Positions 18,021 through 28,085 of a stretch of 64,000 nucleotides of DNA are shown here, one piece after another; the first letter of the stretch is position 1; each line of letters opens with the position of its first letter. Below the pieces are notes generated by a model. The model saw only the letters and a program-made list of their open reading frames with translations. It was not told the DNA's origin and did not search any database. Position numbers and translations under genes: made by a program. This stretch comes from Candidatus Bathyarchaeota archaeon (GTDB lineage: Archaea > Thermoproteota > Bathyarchaeia > Bathyarchaeales > Bathycorpusculaceae). The stretch is taken from contig OY970280.1 in the NCBI GenBank assembly GCA_963715865.1, positions 1,152,001-1,216,000 of the forward strand. The letters run 5' to 3'.

Positions 18021-19725
18021 CTGGCTTTACCTCCTCACCTGCAAGGATTTTTTGATAGAATTCTTTTGGCCTTGCGTAGTATTCTGCGATTATTGAGGCT
18101 ACTTCTTTGTAGCTTCTGATTTTTTGTTCTCGCATCCAGTGCAGGACGTCGCTGCGTCTTTTCATTTCGTCAAGTAAATCCTGTGTGGTTATGCCTAACC
18201 GTTTAGAAAATGATGATAACAATGCGCTGTTGTCGACGGCAATTATTTGCTCATCTTTGAGTGGATCCCATCGGAAAGGATTTAAATAGTTTTCATAGCC
18301 AACGATTTCGTTAACGGAAAGTATGCGCCTGTAAGCTTTCTTTACGCCGTTCTTAACTAAATGGACGCGCTGCACGGATATGACGAGATTCATTAATGGA
18401 ATATATGCTGGAGAAATTTCCATGGGTTTCTGGGTTAACCGTTTTACGGCTGAATCCAAGTTTTCAGCGTGCATGGTGCACATGCCACCGTGACCAGTGG
18501 CTAAGGCCTGGAAGAGAACGTATGCTTCTTGACCTCGCACCTCGCCTACAATTAACATGTCAGGGCGGTGACGCATGGAAGTTTTTACTAGGTCAAAGAG
18601 GGCTACCTCGCCAACGCTGTTTCCGCCTAAACCGTAACTTTGCCTTGCGATAAGTGAAACCCAATTTTCATGGGACAAGTTTAGCTCTGCGGTTTCTTCT
18701 ATAGTGATGATTTTGTTGCCTGGCTTGATGAGGCATCCTAATGCGTTTAGTGCAGTTGTTTTACCTGCGGCTGTTCCACCGAGAATCATGATGGAAGCAC
18801 GATTTTCTAGGCAAATCCATAAGTAAGCAGCCATTTCTTCCGTGAATGTGCCTGTGTTGATTAAATCTATTATTGAGTAGGGGTCATCTCTGAATTTTCT
18901 GATTGTGAATGCTGTTCCGAAAGGCGTGATTTCTCGCCTGTAACATACGGCTAACCTGTGTTTTCCCGGAAGGGAAGCGTCAACTATTGGGAAGGCAGAA
19001 CTGACGTGTTTTCCAGCCATGTGAACAAGTTTAACGACCATGTTATCGAGGATTTCGTCGTTTTCAAATTGCACATTGGTTTCTATGCTTTCGAAGGTTC
19101 GATGCCAAATGTAAACTGACTTGTTTACTCCGTCGCATGAAATGTCTTCTATGTTTGGGTCGCGCATTAATGAATCGATTTTGCCAAAGCCGACAAGGTC
19201 ACGTTCTGCGTGGTAGAGGATTTTGTACCATGAAACATCGGGTAACCAGCCTAAGCTGATTCGGTATTTGTCTACTATTTTTTTGGCTTCTTGGGCGAAG
19301 AATTTTCTTGGGTCTGTTATTTCTTCTTTTGGTGATTCTATTTCTGCCAGCAAGATTTCAAGGATGTGATTGTATATTCCTCGTTCCAGTGGGTCAAGTT
19401 GAAGTTCGTCTAGTATGTATTTGTATTCGCCTGTTTTGGGGTCTTGAACTATTGCAACTTGGGAAAATGGCTCGTATAAGGGGTATTTTTCAACTATTTT
19501 AATTCCTTTTGGTAAGGATTTGGATGCTAAGGGAATTGCTGGTTCAGGCGTTTTCTTTTTAAAACTTAGGTTGATTTTTGGCAATTTTATAGAGACACCT
19601 TTTTTGCCTGAGCTTTTTTTGCTTTTTGTTGGTGTTTTGAAGCGTGATTTGATTGCGTTCCCAGCTAGGCGTAGCTTGGCAATAGATTCTTTGAGCGATT
19701 GCTTGAAGCGAGGTAGCTTTGGCAT
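17998..19725 (-). CDS. Type II/IV secretion system ATPase (TadA/ArlI/VirB11 family)
   Basis: Walker A GGTAAGKTT, Asp box IEETAE, RHRPDMLIVGEVRG, His box TGHGGMCTMHA; Lys-rich N-terminal extension. Confidence 0.95.
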   Translation of the reverse strand: MPKLPRFKQSLKESIAKLRLAGNAIKSRFKTPTKSKKSSGKKGVSIKLPKINLSFKKKTPEPAIPLASKSLPKGIKIVEKYPLYEPFSQVAIVQDPKTGEYKYILDELQLDPLERGIYNHILEILLAEIESPKEEITDPRKFFAQEAKKIVDKYRISLGWLPDVSWYKILYHAERDLVGFGKIDSLMRDPNIEDISCDGVNKSVYIWHRTFESIETNVQFENDEILDNMVVKLVHMAGKHVSSAFPIVDASLPGKHRLAVCYRREITPFGTAFTIRKFRDDPYSIIDLINTGTFTEEMAAYLWICLENRASIMILGGTAAGKTTALNALGCLIKPGNKIITIEETAELNLSHENWVSLIARQSYGLGGNSVGEVALFDLVKTSMRHRPDMLIVGEVRGQEAYVLFQALATGHGGMCTMHAENLDSAVKRLTQKPMEISPAYIPLMNLVISVQRVHLVKNGVKKAYRRILSVNEIVGYENYLNPFRWDPLKDEQIIAVDNSALLSSFSKRLGITTQDLLDEMKRRSDVLHWMREQKIRSYKEVASIIAEYYARPKEFYQKILAGEEVKPVAVSREI

Positions 19726-19916
19726 TGTTGGTCAGTTTAGGTATTTGCGTTGAACGCTTATTAAATATTACGTCTCACTATACGATAATGCTGAAGTGTT
19801 GAACAACACTACAACAAGCAAGCAACAAACATACGCCAAAAACCGTTGGCTCATCAAAACAATTTTAAACCAATAAACCATGTCATACTCAAACACGTTA
19901 ATGGAAGTATTGTAAC

Positions 19917-20612
19917 TTGAACCAAACCTCAAAAATCATCAGCCAAGCCAAAAAAGAAGGCAGAAAAGCCCTTCTGGAAACCGAAGCCAAAACCATCTGC
20001 ATGGAATACGGCATTCCAGTCACCAAATTCAAATTAGCATTAAACGAGAAAGAAACGGCAAAACACGCCGATGAAATCGGGTACCCCGTTGTTCTAAAGA
20101 TTGTTTCGCCAGACATAATCCACAAATCAGACGCGGGAGGCGTCATGGTTAACCTGAAAAACCCAGCCGAAGTCACCAACGCCTACAAAAAAATCATAGA
20201 AAACGTAAAAAAATACAATGCAAAAGCAAAAATCGTCGGCGTTTTAGTGCAGGAAATGGCGCCTCAATCAACCGAAGTCATCGTGGGAGCAATCAAAGAC
20301 CCCCAGTTTGGGCAGACAATCATGTTCGGGTTAGGCGGAATATTTGTTGAAATCCTCAAAGACGTAAACTTCAGAATTGCACCCTTAACCCTAGACGATG
20401 CAAAGGAAATGATTACAGAGCTTAAAGCCTATCCTCTTCTGAAGGGTTACAGAAACACGCCGCCCGCAGACATCGATGCCATAGTAAACATATTATGCAA
20501 CACTTCACGCCTTGTAATGGATAATCCAGAAATCAAGGAACTAGACCTGAATCCAGTAATGGCTTACCAGAAAGGCGCAAAAACAGTCGACGCAAGAATA
20601 ATACTCGAATAA
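19917..20612 (+). CDS. acdB: ADP-forming acetate/acyl-CoA ligase beta subunit (ATP-grasp)
   Basis: GYPVVLKIVSPDIIHKSDAGGV, FGLGGIFVE, ELDLNP. Confidence 0.9.
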   Translation: MNQTSKIISQAKKEGRKALLETEAKTICMEYGIPVTKFKLALNEKETAKHADEIGYPVVLKIVSPDIIHKSDAGGVMVNLKNPAEVTNAYKKIIENVKKYNAKAKIVGVLVQEMAPQSTEVIVGAIKDPQFGQTIMFGLGGIFVEILKDVNFRIAPLTLDDAKEMITELKAYPLLKGYRNTPPADIDAIVNILCNTSRLVMDNPEIKELDLNPVMAYQKGAKTVDARIILE

Positions 20613-20724
20613 TCAGTATCCTCTCTCTTTTATATTGCAAAAAGTCAACAAAATACGTCTCGTTATTATAAGCAAAATGCATAACTTTAATAATTTTGCT
20701 CTCTTTCTCTCGAAATGATAAAAA

Positions 20725-21828
20725 ATGAGCGAAACTCCCCAATCTGATGCCAATTTAAACTTAAACATTAATAAAATAGTCAACGATGCCTTAAGAGTCT
20801 TCTTCAAAGATGCCGTGAGAATTGCCCTCACCAGCCCATCTCAGTCGGTTTTCTTTTTGCGAACGCTCAGGTGGCAAAATAAAGCAGCTAAAACAAGGCA
20901 GAAGCTGGAAGGCGAAGGGCTACATGTTCCACCAGTCTTAGTTATAAGCGTAACCAGCAAATGTAACCTGCATTGTGAAGGCTGCTACCATCAAGCATTA
21001 AGAAGCAAATCTGATGCTGAAATGAGTGATGAACGCATCGAAAAATTAGTGGATGAGGCAAGGGAACTCGGCATTTCTTTTATTGTGCTTGCAGGCGGAG
21101 AACCCCTCATGCGCGCAAACATACTGGACATCTCTAAGAAAACCCCAGAGATAATGTTTATGATGTTCACAAACGGATTACTGCTCAACGACCAAGTGCT
21201 CGAGCAAATAGCCGCAAACAAAAACATCGTTCCACTACTAAGCCTTGAAGGTTACGAAATTGATACTGACGGCAGACGCGGCACAGGAGTATATAACCAA
21301 CTGCTCAAATCGATAAGCAAGCTAAAAAACAAAGGCTTATTCTGGGGAGCATCCCTGACCATGACAAGAACTAACTTTGAAGAAGTAACCGATGAAGCCT
21401 TCATCAAGCAACTCGTGGATTCAGGATGCAAACTCTTCATGCTTGTCGAGTACACGCCGGTAATTGCTGGAACCGAAGATTGGGTCCTCACGGAAGAACA
21501 AAAATCAAAAGTAATACCCACCCGAAACAGCTTCCGCAAAAAATTTCCAGCTATGTTCATCGCTTTGCCTTGGGATGAAGACGAAATAGGCGGATGCCTC
21601 TCAGCTGGACGCGGCTTCGTACATGTTAGCGCGGAAGGAAACGTTGAACCATGCCCATTCATCGCTTACTCAGACACTAACCTAAAAAACATGCCACTTA
21701 AGGAAGCGTTGCAGTCAAAAATGCTCAAAACCATACGGGAAAACCATGCGGAACTGAAAGAAATACAGGGCTGTGCTCTTTGGGAAAAACGCGAATGGGT
21801 TCAATCACTCGCCACAAACAAGCAGTAA
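20725..21828 (+). CDS. Radical SAM/SPASM-domain protein
   Basis: CNLHCEGC, GGEP, FTNG, CLSAGRG..VEPCPF. Confidence 0.9.
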   Translation: MSETPQSDANLNLNINKIVNDALRVFFKDAVRIALTSPSQSVFFLRTLRWQNKAAKTRQKLEGEGLHVPPVLVISVTSKCNLHCEGCYHQALRSKSDAEMSDERIEKLVDEARELGISFIVLAGGEPLMRANILDISKKTPEIMFMMFTNGLLLNDQVLEQIAANKNIVPLLSLEGYEIDTDGRRGTGVYNQLLKSISKLKNKGLFWGASLTMTRTNFEEVTDEAFIKQLVDSGCKLFMLVEYTPVIAGTEDWVLTEEQKSKVIPTRNSFRKKFPAMFIALPWDEDEIGGCLSAGRGFVHVSAEGNVEPCPFIAYSDTNLKNMPLKEALQSKMLKTIRENHAELKEIQGCALWEKREWVQSLATNKQ

Positions 21829-21870
21829 AATACCGACAAAAAATGAAAAGTAGCTGTTGATGCCTATCGC

Positions 21871-22092
21871 TTAGTTTTGCCTGATGTGAGCTCTGCGATT
21901 AACTGACTTGCGGGTTCGTATGTTATGTCTAAAGCTCAAGTTATACCGCCTAGTCCTTATAGTTTCTGAAAAGAAGAACAATAGTTCATCATCATCAACA
22001 ACAAGCACATATTGTGTACTGCCCCTTAGACTTGTGATTTCTATGGAAACGCTAGTATCATCAACATCATCAACAACAATTTGAAGAAGCAA
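21871..22092 (-). pseudogene. Possible remnant of a response-regulator receiver (REC) domain
   Basis: YVLVVDDDELLFFFSETI..RYNL resembles the first REC strand-helix; remainder missing. Confidence 0.3.
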
Positions 22093-23111
22093 CCGCTAAG
22101 TTGTTGGGGAAAAGAAAAACATCTAAAGCTTAACACGTACATAATTTTTACATGACAGCTTAGACGCGCTTAGCTTGCTCTTTACCTTAAGAGGGGATGT
22201 GTGTGCGCAAGCCGCTTCCTTGGTCAAGCTTTGAAGCTGTTAGATGCGCCTCTGAAGACCTATAGACGTTAGTTCGTTGCCGAAAACGCATTGTTCAAAC
22301 AATACACCTGCCTGATTAATGCTTGCTCTCTACTTGTAAAGTAGGTTGTTTTTATGAGTCCCCGGCATAGATTACCAAACTAGAGTTTACCTGAACCTCG
22401 CCGAATAAGTGAGCAACCAAACCCAACGCCCCACCTCGTTAAATCAACAAAATAAGCGGTTTTTTGGTCTCTGTGTGCGCAACAACCTACCCCCGGTCTA
22501 CTAGATGCTTCTAATAGGCTCCAAATATGATTCAACATAGTGTGCATAGAATTGAGGGCGCGCACTTTGCATGTAGAATTGCGTGCAAATTTGTTAACTT
22601 AACATCCTTGCCTATAAAATTGGGTCAGCGATGATTGACGATTGCTCACAGCTTAGGGCTCGAAGCCGTCGCCTCATATCATCCCAGTACCTAATTGGGT
22701 TTTGGGAGATTTATTTATTTTGATATTCAAAAATCAAAATGGTACTAAACCACTAAAAAAGCATTATGAAATTTGATGGCTTTCCGGGGGAAAAGACAAT
22801 CTTATCCTTCAAGCTGGCAAATGGTGTAGTCTGGTTAACCACTCACCGCCTCATCATCCAACAAGAGACGCATAACCCGCGCTTTAACATCGCGCACGCT
22901 GGCTTGTCCCGAAAATGAGTTAATGTTTACTGTTTTTGGACCTGTTAATCGTGGTATAACTTTATGTTCCCTTAAATTTTGCTTGAGTAAGGTCAAATCA
23001 CGAGTTAACTGGGAAAGAAATTGGAACTAACCTTGGAAAATGTTTACTAAAGGGGCTTACTCTCTCCCTCAATATTGCAATATTGATAATTAAAAGGATG
23101 GAGGTGAACAA

Positions 23112-23729
23112 ATGAAAATGAAAACTGCCATTCCAATAGCAATCATGGTAACTCTACTTCTATGTCTCGCAGCCATGGCTAACGTATCTGCGACTCCAAC
23201 ACTTACGGCAGCTCCAAGCAACAGCAACATATTCCAAATTGCTGGAGCAGGATTCACAGCTAATGAAATCGTAAACCTGACACTGTACAATGGAACTGCA
23301 ATCGTATTTAACTTCAACAATCTCACAGCGGATTCTACCGGCTCAATCAATGGAATAGAAATAATCCCAACAAGCATAGCGGGAGCGAACTACAACATTA
23401 CTGCAATAGGGTTAACAAGCAATGTTGCTGCTACAGTCGTAAACTACGCAGTACCCAACCTCATCGGAGCTACAGGTGCTACTGGAGCAAAAGGAGCAAC
23501 AGGAGCAACTGGTGCAACAGGACAAACAGGAGCAACAGGACAAACAGGAGCCACAGGAGCAACTGGTGCAACAGGAGCAACTGGACAAGCAACTAACATG
23601 ACTACCTCTTACATTGCCCTATTTCTTAGCTTCATAGCTATTGTCATAGCTGTCATCACAGCTGTCATCACAGTGATAAAAAGAAAAGCGCGCGCGCCCC
23701 CACCCCCACCCCCACCACCAATGCCCTAA
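23112..23729 (+). CDS. Secreted, C-terminally anchored protein with Ig-like domain and collagen-like G-X-Y stalk
   Basis: Signal peptide, [22 protein letters not shown] beta domain, 14 G-X-Y triplets, TM helix, KRKAR and poly-Pro tail; RBS GGAGGTG. Confidence 0.85.
   Translation: MKMKTAIPIAIMVTLLLCLAAMANVSATPTLTAAPSNSNIFQIAGAGFTANEIVNLTLYNGTAIVFNFNNLTADSTGSINGIEIIPTSIAGANYNITAIGLTSNVAATVVNYAVPNLIGATGATGAKGATGATGATGQTGATGQTGATGATGATGATGQATNMTTSYIALFLSFIAIVIAVITAVITVIKRKARAPPPPPPPPMP
23466..23591 (+). repeat. 9-bp coding tandem repeat (GGA GCA ACA-like x14) encoding collagen triplets
   Basis: [42 protein letters not shown]. Confidence 0.9.
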
Positions 23730-24065
23730 CAGCTTCCAAATCCATTCCTTTTTCTTTTCACATCACATTCCAGTTTTCAAGAAGCTCTAATAATTAGGCG
23801 AATTCATATGCCAGAAATGCGATTGCAATTGAGAGCATACTTAGGGATCTCACAGAATCCAAGTATCGACGAAGTTTTGACCAATACGGCCCACCCGCGC
23901 CCTAACATCATGGAGAGACAAGACACCGAAATGCACCTTTTACGCGATTTTGAGAAAGCCGAAATAAAAGGATGAAAAGAAGCTTCCTTTCAGCTAGTTT
24001 TTTAAACCTTAGGAGGTTGGTTAACTTTGAGGCTGCCAAAACAGAAGCATAGGAGATAAAAAAAA

Positions 24066-25337
24066 TTATTGTTTTTTGGTTAATTCTTCAAGAATCTCTT
24101 TGGCTCTGTCCACTCGGACTTTTCGTTCCTTAACCATTCGTTCAGCCACCAAATCAACCAGTTCATCCTTTGCGCCCGCGGTAATTGCTATGTTTCTTGC
24201 ATGCAAGGACATGTGACCACGCTGAATTCCCTCATTCGCCAACGCTCGCAAGGCGCCGAGGTTTTGGGCTAAGCCGACAGCTGCTAAAACTTCGGCAAAC
24301 TCGTTGGCTGATTTGACGTTTAAGATTTTCATGGCAATCCTAGCTATAGGGTGAGTTTTCACTGCGCCACCGATTAAGCCTACAGCCATGGGTAGCTCGA
24401 TTGAGCCTTCTAAGTCGCCGTTCGCATTTTTGGTCCATTTAGATATGGAAGTGTATGGTCCTTTTAACGCAGCGTAAGCGTGAGCTCCAGCCTCAATAGC
24501 ACGATGGTCATTGCCAGTAGCTAAGATAACCGCGATAATCCCGTTCAAAGAGCCTTTATTGTGTGTGGCAGCACGGTAAGGGTCAGCAGCCGCAAAAGCC
24601 GACGCGTAAGCAATGCCGTCCACGACTGCTTCACCGCCCAGTGATTCCTTGGGCACGGTACACCATGCTTTCGCCAATCGTTTAGTCGCTAAGTTAGAGA
24701 TAATTCGCAGGTAAACATGACCGCCCGTAAGCTGCTCAATTAGCGGAGCCACTGCTTCAGCCATAGTGTTAACTGCGTTCGCGCCCATGGCATCTCGGCA
24801 ATCAACGTACAACTCCACAATCAACATTTGCCCCAATGATGTGTCGATGATTTTGGCGTCCATGTCTTTTGCTCCGCCGCCAAAAGAGTTTAGAACTGGG
24901 TCTTGGTCATTCGCCTTCTTGAGAATATCCGCTTTAGCATCTAAGACCTGCTTTTTAGCAATTTTAGCGTCTTTGATGCCGACGACTTGGATTTGCCCAA
25001 TCATAATTGGCGCAGTACTGCTGGTGTGGAACCCGCCACCGTCACGAACCATTTTAGCCGCATAACTGGCAGCCGCAATCACGCTTGGCTCCTCCGTAGC
25101 CATCGGAATCAAATAGTCTTTACCGTTAACTTTGAAGTTAACTGCAACGCCTAATGGTTCAGGGAAAACGCCGATAACGTTTTCCACCATGTGGTCAGCC
25201 ACGTCAATGGGCAAAGAGCCGGTGTTCTCGAGTAAACGAGTTTCCTCGTCGGTTAAGCCTGCAAAATCTTTAACAATTGCTAACCGCTCTTTCGGCGAAA
25301 GCTTATAGAAGCCTGAAATAACAGATGATTTGCTCAT
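24066..25337 (-). CDS. mvaA: Hydroxymethylglutaryl-CoA reductase, class II (degradative/bacterial type)
   Basis: ENVIG, MATEEPSVIAAAS, DAMGANAVNT, RAATHNKG, EGIQRGHMSLH. Confidence 0.95.
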   Translation of the reverse strand: MSKSSVISGFYKLSPKERLAIVKDFAGLTDEETRLLENTGSLPIDVADHMVENVIGVFPEPLGVAVNFKVNGKDYLIPMATEEPSVIAAASYAAKMVRDGGGFHTSSTAPIMIGQIQVVGIKDAKIAKKQVLDAKADILKKANDQDPVLNSFGGGAKDMDAKIIDTSLGQMLIVELYVDCRDAMGANAVNTMAEAVAPLIEQLTGGHVYLRIISNLATKRLAKAWCTVPKESLGGEAVVDGIAYASAFAAADPYRAATHNKGSLNGIIAVILATGNDHRAIEAGAHAYAALKGPYTSISKWTKNANGDLEGSIELPMAVGLIGGAVKTHPIARIAMKILNVKSANEFAEVLAAVGLAQNLGALRALANEGIQRGHMSLHARNIAITAGAKDELVDLVAERMVKERKVRVDRAKEILEELTKKQ

Positions 25338-25427
25338 TCTTTCATTCCTTTGCTATCTTGTAAGTTGAAAGAGTAGTTTGATTTTTCGCTTTTAAGCTTT
25401 AACTAACCTTAGCCGAAAATCTAATGC

Positions 25428-26447
25428 TTACAGTGTAGTTTGACCTGGAGTTCTTGGCATGGCAACAGCGGAAACACCTAAACGCTTGCGGATTTCTTTA
25501 GCCAAAACTGCACCGTGGCTTACTCGGTAATTATCAGTGATAACCTGTTTTGCCCTTGAACGCTTCACGTATTCGATTAAACCGTCGAAATCCGAATGGT
25601 CACTTAACGCAACTAAATGTTCCCTATCACCAATCTGCCTGCAAGGCGAATGAAACTCCCAACCGCTAACGCAGATGCGCGAATTTTTCAAGCCGACATA
25701 CTGACGAGAATTCATGTGATAAAACGCCACGCATGGAAGGTTACCATCCAAAAGTTCATGCCCTTCCTTTTCAGTGGAAAGCGACAGGCAACCCAGCCGC
25801 ATACCATGCTGCTCGCAAACTTTAGTAACCTGATAAACTCTTTCAGGCATAACAAACGGCACGGACACATCTGCATTTCTTAGAAGTTGCATGATTTCTT
25901 GCAGTTTGCCATGGTAACCAAAAACGTAGACAGCGCCGCCGCGCAAGCGTTTCTCAATCATAGAAACCAAAAGCTCACGTACATCCACACCAAAGGAACG
26001 CCTGCATGATGGACTTCCATATGTTGCCTCAACAACCAAAACGTCACATTCTATAACTGGTGTGTCGTCAATCCTGAAGTCGCCAGTATAAGCAATCCGT
26101 ATTCCGCCAGCATCCTCAACCAGCACCTGCGCCGCACCCAAAATATGATCCGCCTTAACAAGCGTGACCTGTTCGTCACCGTACCTGATGGCTTTGCCAT
26201 ACGCGATAGTTTCTATTGGAGAATCCCTAAGTTTAAGCGAATCATTGAGTGCCTCTGCAATGTCTCTTGTAGCTTCAGTCATCAAAACCTTCTCACAGCA
26301 CCTCAAGCTTTTTCGTAAGCCGCCAAGATGGTCTGCGTGCGCATGAGTTACAATCCGCAAAGGCATAGACTCATCAAAAGCGTCACAGGCAACGCTGTCA
26401 CCTAACAGAACTGCGCCATTTTTAGTTACTTGAGCCCGTGCAGACAA
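25428..26447 (-). CDS. Metallo-beta-lactamase/beta-CASP-type nuclease-like protein
   Basis: THAHADH, ADHILGA, YTGD, EATYG, LSDHSD. Confidence 0.85.
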   Translation of the reverse strand: MSARAQVTKNGAVLLGDSVACDAFDESMPLRIVTHAHADHLGGLRKSLRCCEKVLMTEATRDIAEALNDSLKLRDSPIETIAYGKAIRYGDEQVTLVKADHILGAAQVLVEDAGGIRIAYTGDFRIDDTPVIECDVLVVEATYGSPSCRRSFGVDVRELLVSMIEKRLRGGAVYVFGYHGKLQEIMQLLRNADVSVPFVMPERVYQVTKVCEQHGMRLGCLSLSTEKEGHELLDGNLPCVAFYHMNSRQYVGLKNSRICVSGWEFHSPCRQIGDREHLVALSDHSDFDGLIEYVKRSRAKQVITDNYRVSHGAVLAKEIRKRLGVSAVAMPRTPGQTTL

Positions 26448-26450
26448 TCT

Positions 26451-26864
26451 TTATCCTTCTCGGCTAACGGTTTTTTCTGCAAGCCACTCGATGAGCTGCC
26501 TTGGATTATCAGTTTCAATCGTTACTCGTATGGGACCTAGTGGTGATTCCGCTGTTTCCTCAGAAAAGGAAATGTGCCCTGCAAACGCTACTTGCTTGTT
26601 TAAGCAAAAACTAATAGTATTTCCTCTTGTGCTATGAAACAGTGCTTTTCTGGCAGCATCACGAATTCTATCATTGCGCAGTAAATTGCGAAGTTTAACA
26701 AGAGAATCCTGCCCCTTTGCATCAGCGTTCAATATGCTTCCCTTATGGGCGGGCTTGATTGTTATGGAAGCGTTGCCTAAAACATTAGTTACTGCCGTTT
26801 TTACCTTATCCTCGCTTTCCGTTGGGTTAATTTCAGCTTCAACGTGAACAGTTACTTCATCCAT
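26451..26864 (-). CDS. DUF54/UPF0201 putative RNA-binding protein
   Basis: EAEINPTESEDKV, IRDAAR, LNKQVAFAG, PLGPI. Confidence 0.85.
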   Translation of the reverse strand: MDEVTVHVEAEINPTESEDKVKTAVTNVLGNASITIKPAHKGSILNADAKGQDSLVKLRNLLRNDRIRDAARKALFHSTRGNTISFCLNKQVAFAGHISFSEETAESPLGPIRVTIETDNPRQLIEWLAEKTVSREG

Positions 26865-27418
26865 TTTTCCTCAATCCTCTGCAAAGTCTCCAAAACTTTA
26901 GCTTTAACCTGCTCCATACTGTTATCGTTCACTATTATCTGCTCAGCCATCGCTATAACATTTCCCACGCCAACGCTAAGCTCACGCATATCCCGGTCAT
27001 GGAAAACTTCCCATACGGTTGGATCATCGCTTCTGCGTCGATTGAAAAGGCGTTTAAACCTTGTTTCGGGAGAAGCATGCACAGCTACAAGGGTAAACTT
27101 GGCAAAATGTATTTTGAAAGCATCAGCTTCAAACGGGCTTCTTAAACCATCAACAAGAACTTTAGTGCTATTTTGTTGTTCTATTTTGGGAATGCATTTC
27201 TGAGCGATTATGCTGTTTCCGCCCGCTTCTCGTAATTGAAGCATGACTTTTCCTACGTTCTGTGGAGTTAATTCTAAGCCGCGCTTTGCTGTTTCCTCTC
27301 TAATCACGTCGCCCATACCTACAATGGCGTAACCTAGTTCCTGTGCAGTTTCAACAACCAAGGATTTGCCTGACCCAGGCATTCCTGCTAAACCAACAAC
27401 TATCTTGTCAGCGTTCAT
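26852..27418 (-). CDS. UPF0200 nucleoside-monophosphate/dephospho-CoA kinase-like P-loop protein
   Basis: GMPGSGKS, MGDVIRE, VDGLRS, RDMRELSVG. Confidence 0.85.
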   Translation of the reverse strand: MNADKIVVGLAGMPGSGKSLVVETAQELGYAIVGMGDVIREETAKRGLELTPQNVGKVMLQLREAGGNSIIAQKCIPKIEQQNSTKVLVDGLRSPFEADAFKIHFAKFTLVAVHASPETRFKRLFNRRRSDDPTVWEVFHDRDMRELSVGVGNVIAMAEQIIVNDNSMEQVKAKVLETLQRIEEKWMK

Positions 27419-27510
27419 GACTTACCCTTTTATGGTTCATATTAGCAAGCGTTTCCATTAAAAAGCATTTATGAAAGATAATTGTTAAAACTATTCTGAA
27501 GGAACCTAAA

Positions 27511-28077
27511 ATGTCAGAGTCGATAAGAAGCTTCATTGCCTTCGACTTGGAAAACGAGCAGGTACTAAACAGGCTCTCAGCAGTGCAGAAACTTTTGGTT
27601 GAAACAGGCGCAGACCTCAAAATTGTACAGCCGCAAAACATCCACATAACCCTCCGTTTTCTCGGCGACATAAGCCCCATTATGGTAGAGAAAGTGTTTG
27701 AAGCGATGAAGAAAGTTCAGTTTACTCCTTTCAACATTCAAATTCGCGGTCTAGGAGTTTTTCCCAGCCTGAATTATCCGAGAGTTGTTTGGGCTGGAAT
27801 GACCGATGGTGTAGAACAACTCAAAAGCATTTTCAGCCAGCTAGAACCTCAGATACGTGCGTTAGGATTTGAGTCAGATGCTTACGGTTTCAGCCCACAT
27901 TTAACCATTGCACGTGTAAGATCCGGCGCAAATAAACAGCGCCTAGCTGAATTGGTAACAAAAAAAGCCGATTACGATTTTGGCTCAATTAAAGCCGACT
28001 GCCTGCGGCTTAAAAAAAGCCAACTGTCACCTAAAGGTCCAACTTACTCAACGCTTAAAGAATTCTGCCCAATATAG
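27511..28077 (+). CDS. thpR: RNA 2',3'-cyclic phosphodiesterase (2'-5' RNA ligase family)
   Basis: Two HxT motifs (HITL, HLTI), PRVVWAG. Confidence 0.92.
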   Translation: MSESIRSFIAFDLENEQVLNRLSAVQKLLVETGADLKIVQPQNIHITLRFLGDISPIMVEKVFEAMKKVQFTPFNIQIRGLGVFPSLNYPRVVWAGMTDGVEQLKSIFSQLEPQIRALGFESDAYGFSPHLTIARVRSGANKQRLAELVTKKADYDFGSIKADCLRLKKSQLSPKGPTYSTLKEFCPI

Positions 28078-28085
28078 TAACAAGA

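Noticed and set aside
7631-19725. Archaellum (motility) operon
   Set aside because: No archaellin, ArlF/G/H or che genes; only the generic ATPase, platform and peptidase
20725-21828. Radical SAM gene as part of a RiPP or tetraether-lipid cluster
   Set aside because: No precursor peptide, PqqD-like or B12-binding domain, or transporter nearby; generic SPASM enzyme
22644-22662. Reverse-strand tRNA T-arm-like text (GGCTTCGAGCCC)
   Set aside because: No cloverleaf can be built around it
23466-23591. CRISPR-like or non-coding tandem array
   Set aside because: 9-nt period, in frame within a CDS, no spacers; no CRISPR array seen anywhere in the window
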